64,000 nucleotides of DNA from Chloroflexota bacterium. Lineage in GTDB: Bacteria; Chloroflexota; Ktedonobacteria; Ktedonobacterales; JADMIN01. Of the stretch, positions 23,850 through 32,491 are shown piece after piece; position 1 is the stretch's first letter; each line of letters starts with the position of its first letter. The translations under genes and the position numbers were made by a program. The DNA lies in contig JAJPKE010000001.1 of NCBI GenBank assembly GCA_021323855.1, positions 8,662 through 72,661 on the forward strand, in the 5' to 3' direction. Under the pieces are notes generated by a model. The model was not told the DNA's origin. It did no database searches and worked only from the letters and a program-made list of their open reading frames with translations.

Positions 23850-25271
23850 ATGAGTGATGATGAGGTACTGCGGCAGATGGCGAACGCGAGCAGCGACGAC
23901 CCAAACGCTTTGCGCGGGCGGCGCGTGCTGGTGATGGGGCTTGGCTTGCTGGGCGGTGGAGTCGCGGCGGCGCGCTACGCCGTGGAGCAGGGCGCGGCTG
24001 AAGTGGTGGCGACCGATCTGCGCGCTGAAGATATACTTGCTCCGAGCATCCAGAAATTAGCTGGGTTGCCGGTTCGCTACGTGCTGGGCCGGCACGAGAC
24101 CAGCGATTTCGAGCGCGCCGATGTTGTTGTGCGCAATCCCGGTGTGCGGCGCGATTCACCCTATCTGGCGGCGGCCAGCGCGGCGGGGGCACGGATCGAG
24201 ATGGAAATTGCCTGGTTCTTCCGCGCCTGCCGTGGCAAAATTGCTGGCGTCACGGGGACGCGCGGCAAAAGCACCACGACGATGCTGCTGCACACCATTC
24301 TCACGGAGGCGGGGATGGAGCCGTTGCTGGGCGGCAATCTCGGCGGCATCGAGACGCTGTCATTGCTGCCGCAGATCACGCCGGAACGCTGGGTGGTGCT
24401 GGAACTGGGCAACTGGATGCTGGAAGGCTTGCATCCAATCCGTCGCAGCCCACAGCTTGCCATCTTCACCAATCTGCTGCCCGATCACCTCAACGCCTAC
24501 GACTCGATGGAGGAATATGGCGAGGCGAAGTCGAGCATTTTCCGTTATCAGGGAGCGGGCGACATTGCCATCTTCAATGCGGAAAACTCGTATACTCGCG
24601 CCTACGCGGAGCAGGCGCCTGCTGAGCATGTCTGGCTCTACACGCCGGAGTTCAGCGTTGCCTCACCACGCGGCGCACCGCATGACGAACGGCTCTTCCT
24701 CTACCGCGATGACATTCAGTTGCGCGGCGAACACAACTTGGGCAATGTGCAGGCGGCGACGCTGGCTGCCGAACTGCTCGGCATCACTCCAGAGACGATT
24801 CACCGCGCGGTGGCTGGGTTTCATGGCGTGCCACACCGGCTGGAAACGGTGCGCGAACTGGATCGCGTGCTGTATGTGAACGACAGCGCCAGCACCGCGC
24901 CCGTCGCCGGCGTTGCGGCGCTACGTAGCTTCAGTGAACCCATCGTGCTGATCGCTGGCGGCAACAGCAAGAACCTCGATATGCGTGAATACGCCGAGGC
25001 GATTGCGGCGCGGGTCAAGCGTGTGGTGCTGCTGGCGGGCAACGCTTCAGATGAGTTCGCGGCGGCCATCCGTGCGGCAGCGCAGCAACAGGGGCGACCA
25101 GACCCGGTGATTGGCCCGCTGGATGATCTGGCGCGCGCAGTGGATGAGGCGCGTGCGGCGGCGACTGCTGGCGATGTGGTGCTGCTCTCACCAGGATTCA
25201 CCAGCTTTGGTATGTTCCTGAACGAGTTCGACCGGGGCAACCGCTTCCGCGAGCTGGTGCTGGCGCTGTAA
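23850..25271 (+). CDS. murD: UDP-N-acetylmuramoyl-L-alanine--D-glutamate ligase
   Basis: VLVMGLGLLGGGVAAARY Rossmann, P-loop GVTGTRGKSTTTMLL, GVPHRLE, and a Mur ligase C-terminal domain. Start set at ATG 23850 after GAGGGG. Confidence 0.85.
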   Translation: MSDDEVLRQMANASSDDPNALRGRRVLVMGLGLLGGGVAAARYAVEQGAAEVVATDLRAEDILAPSIQKLAGLPVRYVLGRHETSDFERADVVVRNPGVRRDSPYLAAASAAGARIEMEIAWFFRACRGKIAGVTGTRGKSTTTMLLHTILTEAGMEPLLGGNLGGIETLSLLPQITPERWVVLELGNWMLEGLHPIRRSPQLAIFTNLLPDHLNAYDSMEEYGEAKSSIFRYQGAGDIAIFNAENSYTRAYAEQAPAEHVWLYTPEFSVASPRGAPHDERLFLYRDDIQLRGEHNLGNVQAATLAAELLGITPETIHRAVAGFHGVPHRLETVRELDRVLYVNDSASTAPVAGVAALRSFSEPIVLIAGGNSKNLDMREYAEAIAARVKRVVLLAGNASDEFAAAIRAAAQQQGRPDPVIGPLDDLARAVDEARAAATAGDVVLLSPGFTSFGMFLNEFDRGNRFRELVLAL

Positions 25272-25304
25272 TCAGTGGGTAAGCTGACGCACTCCCTCTC
25301 TACA

Positions 25305-25346
25305 CTCCCCTCTCCCGCGCACGGGGGAGGGGCTGGGGGTGGGGGC
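25305..25346. repeat. GC-rich intergenic hairpin repeat (REP-like), copy 1
   Basis: CCCCTCTCCC-GCGCAC-GGGGGAGGGG followed by CTGGGGGTGGGGGC. Sits between the convergent murD and SGNH hydrolase stops. Confidence 0.7.
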
Positions 25347-25348
25347 TT

Positions 25349-25981
25349 TTACTCGGTGAGCAGGCGCACCAGCGGCGCCAGCGCCTTGCCCAATTTCTGA
25401 TGCTCACTCGCCTCCCAATGGACGCCATCTACTTCGCTCGATGTGACGCACTGCGCCGTGTCGAAGAACTCACACTGATACTCGCCGGCAATGCGCTGGT
25501 AGTATTCGGCCAACCGGCGCGACTTCTCCAAGCCGCCCGCGAACGACTCCGCCCATTCATCGGGAATCGTGGCAATGGGTGGCGGCGCGAGCAGCAGGAT
25601 ATCGGGCGCGGTGCCGTTGGGTCCGGCGGTACTCCGCTGGATCATCTCCACCAGCACGCCGAGACCCAGCGAAATCTCCAGCGGCGAGACGTTATAGCGC
25701 GCCTGGATATCGTTGGTGCCAAGCATCAGGATCACCAGGTCCACCGGGCTGTTGGATTGCAAGCAGGGCATCAGATAGTCTTTGCCGCACTTGTAGGGTT
25801 CGAGCGGGTCCTGAAAGACAGTGGTGCGCCCCGGCAGTCCCTCCTCGATCACAGCGTAGCTGTGGCCCAACGCCACACGCAGGACGCCCGGCCAGCGTTC
25901 GTTATAGTCATAGCGCAGACCGTTCGCTGGATTGAATCCCCAGGTATTCGAGTCGCCATAGCACAATATCGTCTTCAACAC
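25349..25981 (-). CDS. SGNH/GDSL family hydrolase
   Basis: ILCYGDSNTWG (block I), LGTND, DGVHW (block V). GTG start. Confidence 0.85.
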   Translation of the reverse strand: MLKTILCYGDSNTWGFNPANGLRYDYNERWPGVLRVALGHSYAVIEEGLPGRTTVFQDPLEPYKCGKDYLMPCLQSNSPVDLVILMLGTNDIQARYNVSPLEISLGLGVLVEMIQRSTAGPNGTAPDILLLAPPPIATIPDEWAESFAGGLEKSRRLAEYYQRIAGEYQCEFFDTAQCVTSSEVDGVHWEASEHQKLGKALAPLVRLLTE

Positions 25982-26132
25982 ATGCTCTCTCTCTATCTCA
26001 CTGGCTCATGTTCAGTCTAGAGCCGGCTATAAAGACTCAGCCCCCAATCGCTTGAAATGGCCCAGAGTACAAGATGAGCAGGACAGGAGGCCGCCAGGAG
26101 CGGCCCTCATCATTGATCCAAAGGGGGCGGTC

Positions 26133-26780
26133 CTATTGCTCCAAGCGTACAAATAGCGGCAGCTTCCCCGCAGCATTTCCGTTCAGCTTGACCTCGATGA
26201 TGTAAATGCCCTCGTCATTGAACACAGGCGTGAGGTGCTCGTCAACGGTGGCAGCACCCAATTGGCTGCTGCTTAGTTTCTTGAATGGTCGCAACTCCAT
26301 GGACTTTGGTGGCGTAGAAAGCACAGGACCAGTCAATGCTGAGATATCCTGTAGGGCATCTGTACGACTGACCTCTCTAATCTCCACCTGCGTAGATACC
26401 ATGCCATATCCGCATATGATCATTCGCACTATAAACGGTACTGGGGCCGGAAAGCGGCCAACCGCTACCGTATTGCCAAGCGACTCGAACGACCTGAGAG
26501 AAGCGGGGAGGCGGAGTGCATCCCAAAAGGGTTCCTCCTGGCATAAATCAGCAATGCGATAGACATCAGCACCTGTTACTTCTCTAGAAGTGGTGTATGA
26601 GCGAATCGGACTATCGCTGGTAGTTTCCCCTAATTGCGCTTTCCCTTGACTCGCACTGTGAAAGGGCGTCCTTCTCTCAGCCTGAAATTGCCTACCCCGC
26701 TCAGAATCAGCTAAACCTTGTATCTTGTGTTTTCCGATAATCATGAGCGACTGAATCCAAGGCTGACCAGGCGATGTCAT
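26133..26780 (-). CDS. Hypothetical cytoplasmic protein (215 aa), AT-richer islet
   Basis: Long ORF 33 nt downstream of the secreted-protein gene on the same strand. No signal peptide and no motif I recognise. Confidence 0.5.
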   Translation of the reverse strand: MTSPGQPWIQSLMIIGKHKIQGLADSERGRQFQAERRTPFHSASQGKAQLGETTSDSPIRSYTTSREVTGADVYRIADLCQEEPFWDALRLPASLRSFESLGNTVAVGRFPAPVPFIVRMIICGYGMVSTQVEIREVSRTDALQDISALTGPVLSTPPKSMELRPFKKLSSSQLGAATVDEHLTPVFNDEGIYIIEVKLNGNAAGKLPLFVRLEQ

Positions 26781-26813
26781 AGCTCGAACCTTCCGTTGTT
26801 AATATGTTCGTAG

Positions 26814-27416
26814 CTACAGTGCATAGCCAGAAACACTACCGGAGAGATCTATGGTGCCGCCATTTGGATAATCCGCAATAACAGCACTCGTCATTTCGTA
26901 TACCGCTGCGTCTCCATCGTTCCAGCATCCCGTTTCATCACCAAGGTACGACAACCACTGGTTCGAGTCAAGGTTAAAACCATCAATGTAAGCCCCGCCA
27001 TAATAGAGACCTCCGACCAATATCATTTGGGCGTTAGGAGTTGGCTGTGCTGACGCCGCGCCGTAGGCGCATGTGAAGTGGTCATTATAATAGAGAAACG
27101 TGAGGGATATAGTCAACGTCATCAGGTCACTTCCCTGATGACCATGAAGCGTAATATCCGGTAAATTGCCCGATACCTTCCCATGACCCACATATAAGGT
27201 GTTGGAAACCACTCTTGTTGTCACACCAGACAGACCAAGCAGTTGTTGTAGGTCATAGAGCTGTTCAGTGCCATGTGACGTGCGTATCACCTTTATGGGA
27301 CTCGGTCCTGCACCTGCAGCTTGGGCGGGCGCCGTTCCAGCGAACTGAAGAACTACCATCAATAGAAGAACAAAAACGGGAGCCAAACGTGAAACCTTAC
27401 GAGAAGCCACTAGCAT
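26814..27416 (-). CDS. Hypothetical secreted protein (200 aa)
   Basis: N-terminal signal peptide (RLAPVFVLLLMVVLQFAGTAPAQA/AGAG). G/Y/N/D-rich mature part with 2 Cys. GGAGGAAA lies upstream of the ATG. No family recognised. Confidence 0.6.
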   Translation of the reverse strand: MLVASRKVSRLAPVFVLLLMVVLQFAGTAPAQAAGAGPSPIKVIRTSHGTEQLYDLQQLLGLSGVTTRVVSNTLYVGHGKVSGNLPDITLHGHQGSDLMTLTISLTFLYYNDHFTCAYGAASAQPTPNAQMILVGGLYYGGAYIDGFNLDSNQWLSYLGDETGCWNDGDAAVYEMTSAVIADYPNGGTIDLSGSVSGYAL

Positions 27417-27464
27417 GTCGTTTCCTCCTGATGAGATAGGAAAAATCCAATCTCCGCCCTAATA

Positions 27465-27526
27465 GATCCTGCATTCAAACAAACGGGAGATCCTGCATTC
27501 AAACAAACGGGAGATCCTGCATTCAA
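27465..27526. repeat. 24-bp tandem direct repeat GATCCTGCATTCAAACAAACGGGA x2.6
   Basis: Exact copies at 27465-27488 and 27489-27512, and a partial copy at 27513-27526. 49-110 nt upstream of the secreted-protein start (27416). Confidence 0.85.
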
Positions 27527-27834
27527 TACGCACTACACAACAATTATCCGACGAACCGAGTTTAGCAGAGATCGCTTCATTTGTCAACAGCTCTTGCATG
27601 GAGTGTGTTAGGAACTCTACTTTGAATCGGCTGAAATGGCGTAGAATCAACAATGAAAAGAGCTGGAGATTGCCAGAAACGGCACGTCTCGCCGCAATCG
27701 AGAACGAGCGCAACAATGAAGCACCAATTTCCCCGCATGTGTCAGCACGTTACACTGGCATCATTCCTGCCGTTTCTTCACGTACTACTACTGGCCACAC
27801 GGTGACGCAACCGGATAACGAGAGGAATCGCACC

Positions 27835-28170
27835 ATGTCTCAACACGATCCAAACCAGTCAACCCAGTCAAACCAGTCAAACCAGCCCAATCAACCACAG
27901 CCGGACGAGGAGCCTACAGATCAACAACGGTATGGCCAGAGCGATGAGTTTGCGCAGCAGGGAACGCTCGCGGAGGGCTACGACCAAAGCGAGCAGATGG
28001 GTGAAAGCGAATGGTCAGCAGAGCGGTATGCAAATCAAGCTGGCAAGGTTGATCGCGCCACCCTGGATGAAGGGGAGGCGCAAAGCGGCCAACAGGCCAG
28101 CGATATTGACCGTATGGTTGGTGGCATGATTGGTGAAGATGAAGATGAGGCCACCAAAGACCAAAGGTGA
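27835..28170 (+). CDS. Hypothetical Gln/Glu/Asp-rich low-complexity protein (111 aa)
   Basis: ATG 27835 preceded by AGAGGA. QSNQSNQPNQPQ repeats followed by an acidic tail. Coding status plausible but unproven. Confidence 0.5.
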   Translation: MSQHDPNQSTQSNQSNQPNQPQPDEEPTDQQRYGQSDEFAQQGTLAEGYDQSEQMGESEWSAERYANQAGKVDRATLDEGEAQSGQQASDIDRMVGGMIGEDEDEATKDQR

Positions 28171-28257
28171 CATGAACCCGCGCTCCCGTTTGGAAATGAC
28201 ATACTATTGCTATTGGCTGAGAGGCCAATGAGAGCAAACATGAGAGGGAGCGAACGA

Positions 28258-28500
28258 ATGACCGACGAAGAGATTCTTCAGCAGATCAACAAAGAGACCA
28301 ATGAAGAGCATGAATTGCTGCATGCCGCCGAGCATGGCGGCATTGACGAGTCGCAGCACGCCAGGCTCGCAGAACTCAAAGTGAACCTGGACCAACTCTG
28401 GGATTTGCTGCGCCAGCGCCGCGCCCTGCGCCATGCGGGGCTGAATCCCAATGAGGCAAAGGAACGCCCCGCCTCGACGGTCGAACACTATAAACAATAG
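28258..28500 (+). CDS. DUF2630 family protein
   Basis: ATG 28258 after GAGAGGGAG. EEHELLH...LAELKVNLDQLWDLLRQRRALRHAGLNPNEAKERPASTVEHY matches DUF2630 as I recall it. Confidence 0.7.
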   Translation: MTDEEILQQINKETNEEHELLHAAEHGGIDESQHARLAELKVNLDQLWDLLRQRRALRHAGLNPNEAKERPASTVEHYKQ

Positions 28501-28513
28501 CCGCGCTAGCTTG

Positions 28514-29005
28514 TCAATGAATTTCCGCGACGGGATGCAACAGCACCAGCGGAATCTCACGGCTCACGCCCGCCTGGTAGCGATGGAATTGCGGACCTTC
28601 GGTTTCCAGCCGCTGCCAGAGGCGTGCTCGCACTTCTGGTGAGGCTGTCGTGGCAGTGGCGTGCAGGCGACGCTGTTTCACTTGAATCTCCACCCGTGGA
28701 TTGGCGATGAGATTGAGATACCAGGCGGGTGGATACTCTTTACCATAGTTTGAGCCTACCACAAAGAAATCGTCACCATCCTTGAAATAGGTGATCGGGA
28801 TAGTGTGAGCTATTCCTGATTTGCGCCCGGTCGTCGTCAGCAGCAAGATACGCGCCGGCCCAAGCCAGTGACCAATGAAACCGCCGGTCAAGCGGTAGAG
28901 GCGAATATGCAGGCCGAGCAGCCAGCGCACTCTGGCAGAGACATGCCTGGATTGCCGGGAAGATGGAGTGTGTTGGGAGGATGCGGAGGATGGTGTATAG
29001 GTCAT
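28514..29005 (-). CDS. Deazaflavin (F420)-dependent nitroreductase family protein (Ddn-like)
   Basis: LLLTTTGRKSGIAHTIPITYFKDGDDFFVVGSNYGKEYPPAWYLNLIANPRVEIQV. Confidence 0.8.
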   Translation of the reverse strand: MTYTPSSASSQHTPSSRQSRHVSARVRWLLGLHIRLYRLTGGFIGHWLGPARILLLTTTGRKSGIAHTIPITYFKDGDDFFVVGSNYGKEYPPAWYLNLIANPRVEIQVKQRRLHATATTASPEVRARLWQRLETEGPQFHRYQAGVSREIPLVLLHPVAEIH

Positions 29006-29009
29006 CTCG

Positions 29010-29615
29010 TTAGAGCCAGCCTTTCTGCTCGGCGCGCACGGCGGCTTCGACGCGCGTGCTGGCGTTCACTTTCTGCATGGCAGTCGAGAGATAGTTGCGC
29101 ACCGTGCCCTCGGTGAGCGCCAGCGCAGAGGCAATCTCCAGGTTGTTTGCGCCCTGCTGCACCAGTCGCAGCACCGCCTGCTCGCGCTCGGTGAGGGGAT
29201 TGTCACCCTCGCTGAGCGCCGCCGCCGCCAGCAGCGGGTCCACCACGCGCTCGCCCGCCATCGCTCGCCGGATCGCCATCGCCAGTTGCGCAGCGGGCGC
29301 GTCCTTGACGAGAAACCCCACCACGCCATGCTCCATCGCCCGGCGTAGATATCCTGGGCGGCCAAACGTCGTCAGAATCAGCACTTTGCAGGTTGGCAGA
29401 TGCGTATGTAGCTCCGCCGCCGCCTCGATGCCCGTCGCGCCTGGCATTTCGATGTCGAGCAGCGCCACATCCGGCCTGGCTTCCAGCGCCGCCGCCAGCA
29501 CCTCATCACCGCGCCCGACCTCAGCGACAATCGTGATATCCTGCTCGCGGTTGAGCAGGGCCACCAGCGCCCCACGCACCATGCCCTGATCTTCCGCCAA
29601 CAACACGCGAATCAT
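29010..29615 (-). CDS. NarL/LuxR-type response regulator
   Basis: REC domain (VLLAEDQ, LDIEMPG) plus HTH LTEREQAVLRLVQQGANNLEIASALALTEGTVRNYLSTAMQKV. Confidence 0.9.
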   Translation of the reverse strand: MIRVLLAEDQGMVRGALVALLNREQDITIVAEVGRGDEVLAAALEARPDVALLDIEMPGATGIEAAAELHTHLPTCKVLILTTFGRPGYLRRAMEHGVVGFLVKDAPAAQLAMAIRRAMAGERVVDPLLAAAALSEGDNPLTEREQAVLRLVQQGANNLEIASALALTEGTVRNYLSTAMQKVNASTRVEAAVRAEQKGWL

Positions 29616-30868
29616 GAGATTGCTCCTGTCGCTTCCTCCGGATGCCGTTCCACCGTCCGCTTATCGCTCTTTGCCTGTGTTGGTTGCACTGGCAACGTCA
29701 CCGCCAAGCGAAATCCGCGTCCGTCAAGCGATACAGCTTCGTATTGGCCGTCCAGCACCGCCACACGCTCACCGATGCCGCGCAACCCATTGCCGCCGCT
29801 ACCATTCTGGCCCGGCGCGCCACGTCCATCATCTGTGATGGTCATGCGCACGCTGCCATCCTGGCGCGTGAGCGAGACAATACAATGCTTTGCGCGGCTA
29901 TGGCGAATAACGTTGGTGACACCTTCACGCACCACCCAGGTCAGCAACGCCTCACTGGCAGGTGATAGCGTGCCTGCCTCGTCCTGCACGATACACTGGA
30001 TGCCAGCGGCGGCCAGCAGTTCATGCGCGCGCTGGAGTTCGTTCGCCAGCGTTGATTGCCGGTAGCCGGCCACCGCCTCGCGTACCTCCTGCAAGGCGGT
30101 GCGCGCCGCCGCTTCCACCTCGCGCACCTCGCGCTGCGCCTGCTCCGGGTCTTCGGGAATGAGTTGACCGGCCAGTTCGCTTTTCAGGGTGATGAGCGAG
30201 AGGGTATGTCCCAGCAGATCGTGCAAATCGCGTGCGAAGCGCAGCCGCTCCTCAGAGACGGCGAGCCGCGCAATTTCGCGCCGCGCCAGCCGCAACTCGC
30301 GATTGGTGCGCATCGCCCAGCTAAAATAAGAAACTGCTACTCCAACCACTAGAACGAGAAAAAGCATCTCAGCTATCGTTCCTGGCGGAACAGTAGATAT
30401 TCCGCCAACGATCACCACCAGCAGCATCAGGCCGCCAATGACGAACGCAGTCTGGCGCGCGGTCAGCCGCCCGGCGACGCTGGCGCTGGTAAAGATGTAG
30501 CCTCCCAATCCCCATGCGCCCTGCACAAAGGGCAGAATCGTACTCAATAGCGCCAGCAACGCCGCGGGTATCCACCAGCGCGGCTCATTGGGAGCGTCCA
30601 GCGGCATACGGGTCAGGCGATAGGCTTCGTGCCAGGTGGCCCAGAGATAGGTAGCAACGAACAGCGCCAGGCCGCAGATGGAGGCAACGCGCTGAAAGGA
30701 GGGCGGCATCTGCACGATGGCAATCACCGGCTGGATGAGAAACGGCAGCCACATGAGCCAGATGACCCATAACAGATAAGGCGAGATGCTATCGCTAGTA
30801 TTGGGTGGCTCATCATGAGTCACAGAGATATCTGGCCGCATGGGAACGCTCGCTTTGCTGGATGACAT
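29612..30868 (-). CDS. Membrane sensor histidine kinase (HisKA_3 / DesK-like)
   Basis: Multiple N-terminal TM helices, H-box FARDLHDLLGHTLSLITLKSELA, GVTNVIRHS, DDGRG, GNGLRGIGERV. 4-nt overlap with the regulator gene. Confidence 0.9.
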   Translation of the reverse strand: MSSSKASVPMRPDISVTHDEPPNTSDSISPYLLWVIWLMWLPFLIQPVIAIVQMPPSFQRVASICGLALFVATYLWATWHEAYRLTRMPLDAPNEPRWWIPAALLALLSTILPFVQGAWGLGGYIFTSASVAGRLTARQTAFVIGGLMLLVVIVGGISTVPPGTIAEMLFLVLVVGVAVSYFSWAMRTNRELRLARREIARLAVSEERLRFARDLHDLLGHTLSLITLKSELAGQLIPEDPEQAQREVREVEAAARTALQEVREAVAGYRQSTLANELQRAHELLAAAGIQCIVQDEAGTLSPASEALLTWVVREGVTNVIRHSRAKHCIVSLTRQDGSVRMTITDDGRGAPGQNGSGGNGLRGIGERVAVLDGQYEAVSLDGRGFRLAVTLPVQPTQAKSDKRTVERHPEEATGAIS

Positions 30869-30899
30869 GACCTCAATGATGCTTTATATACCATCTTAA

Positions 30900-31055
30900 G
30901 CCCCCACCCCCAGCTCCTCCGCTTCGCTCATCGCCTCCTCCGCACTGCCTAGCAGTGCTTCCATGCTTCGCATGGCGGAGGCTCATCCCCGTGCGCGGGA
31001 GAGGGGTGCCAGAGAATCCTCACCCCTGGCCCCTCTCCTTGCGAGGAGAGGGGAG
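30900..31055. repeat. Composite GC-rich hairpin repeat (REP-like), copy 2, inverted orientation with an insertion
   Basis: GCCCCCACCCCCAGC, then ~70 nt of insert with its own CCATGC/GCATGG hairpin, then TCCCCGTGCGCGGGAGAGGGG, then CCCCTCTCC-TTGCG-AGGAGAGGGG. Lies between two same-strand genes. Confidence 0.7.
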
Positions 31056-31078
31056 CGCAGATCGCCGCTGACTCCCCT

Positions 31079-31561
31079 TTATTTATTCACGCCGGTGACG
31101 TAATAGCCGATGGCGTAGGCGATGACGGCCCAGAGAAAGCCAATGGCCATCAGCAACGAGCTGAAATCATGCCCATAGTTCATGAAGCTGGCGCCGTTGA
31201 AACCCGCCGCCATGATGCCGAACAGTCCGAATGCTCCGGCGATGATCCAGGCGCGGCGGCGCGCAGCGATGGCAAGTCCCAGGATCACCAGCGCATCCAG
31301 GAACAAGAGCAGGCCAATGATAGCATGGAATTTGAGCGCTGCCGCGCCGTTTGCGAGCGCCCAGGCCACACCCTGCGCCACGCCGGAGAAATATTCCGGC
31401 GCATTGGCCCCAGGATGCGCGTCGGGGATCTGCACGAAGAAGTTGACCAGCATGCCAACCAGGAACTGCGTCGCCAGCAGAATGAGGATGAGCAAAGCCA
31501 ACGGACGCAGCCAGCGCGACTCCGCGCGCCTGGGCGTTGGGCGAGAAATGGTATCCTGCAT
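31079..31561 (-). CDS. Hypothetical 4-TM membrane protein
   Basis: 160-aa ORF with four hydrophobic helices. Downstream of the ABC-2 exporter genes. No family recognised. Confidence 0.6.
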   Translation of the reverse strand: MQDTISRPTPRRAESRWLRPLALLILILLATQFLVGMLVNFFVQIPDAHPGANAPEYFSGVAQGVAWALANGAAALKFHAIIGLLLFLDALVILGLAIAARRRAWIIAGAFGLFGIMAAGFNGASFMNYGHDFSSLLMAIGFLWAVIAYAIGYYVTGVNK

Positions 31562-31663
31562 CGAGTGATCTGCTCCAATCTACCTGTCTACATCTACAGC
31601 GGTGGTGCGCCTGCCATCGAGCGCCAGGCGCACCGTTTATCAGATGCTCTATCGTGAAGATGA

Positions 31664-32491
31664 TTACCGCACTTTTGCCGCCCGCCGGACGAAGAGCGCG
31701 GCCAAGACCAGGAAGGCCACCGCCCAGATGACGAGGACAATCGGGCTGGCGAGTTCGGGCGCCTGCCCGTTGGCGATGCGCCAGCCGAGGTCTGCGGCGT
31801 GATAGGTTGGTAGTGTCTTGGCTATCGAGAGCATCGTGCTGGGTAGGATCGCCGGTGGCACCCAGAGGCCGCCCGCCGCCGTCAGCACCATATAGAGGCC
31901 ATAGGTCACGCCAAAAGCGGTCGTTTCGTTGGTGACATAGCCCAGTGCGATGCCGAAGATCGCGAAGGGCCAGACGCCGACCCACATAGACAGGATGATG
32001 GCGACCCATTCACCAAACGAGAGTGAAACCCCGTGTACGATGACGCCGGTAGCGTAGACCAGCAGCATCGCTGGCAATGCGAAGAGAATCGCCACCAGCG
32101 CGCGCCCGATCAGCACCTTCCAGGGAGAGATTGGCAGCAGTTGCAGGTTGCGCACCCAGCCGTTGCTGCGCTCGTTGGCGATGCGCGGCCCCGTCGCCAC
32201 CAGGCAGGCCCAGATGCCGCCATAGACCGCCATCGCAATCATAATCTCCACATTGCCGGAGAGCGTGCCGGGCGCGTGGGGACTCGACCCGAACAGCCCC
32301 GAAAAGAGCAGGTAGAAGCCAATCGGCACGACGATGCCCAGGAAGAGATAGAGCGGATCGCGCAGCGTCCGCCGCAGTTCCGCGCCGGCATAGCCCTTGA
32401 AATCGTTCATTGCGCCACTCGCTTTCCGTCCATGTAGCTCATTCATCGCCTGTGCCGTTTGTGCCGTCTGTGTCGCTGTTATCGTGGTCAT
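31664..32491 (-). CDS. ABC-2 type transporter permease
   Basis: 275 aa, ~6 TM. The start overlaps the upstream ATPase stop by 4 nt. Confidence 0.8.
   Translation of the reverse strand: MTTITATQTAQTAQAMNELHGRKASGAMNDFKGYAGAELRRTLRDPLYLFLGIVVPIGFYLLFSGLFGSSPHAPGTLSGNVEIMIAMAVYGGIWACLVATGPRIANERSNGWVRNLQLLPISPWKVLIGRALVAILFALPAMLLVYATGVIVHGVSLSFGEWVAIILSMWVGVWPFAIFGIALGYVTNETTAFGVTYGLYMVLTAAGGLWVPPAILPSTMLSIAKTLPTYHAADLGWRIANGQAPELASPIVLVIWAVAFLVLAALFVRRAAKVR

Noticed and set aside
27465-27526. Possible CRISPR array.
   Set aside because: The repeats are directly head to tail with no spacers, there are only 2.6 copies, and no cas genes are present anywhere in the window.
27459-27716. 85-aa minus-strand ORF ending ECRISRLFECRISRLFECRIY.
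   Set aside because: It is just the translation of the 24-bp tandem repeat plus upstream non-coding DNA. It has no ribosome-binding motif and odd composition, so I treat it as non-coding.
25990-28510. Mobile genetic element or prophage interpretation of the AT-richer islets (also 20268-20959).
   Set aside because: No integrase, transposase, tRNA attachment site, inverted terminal repeats or target-site duplications could be found. I therefore describe them only as compositionally atypical islets.
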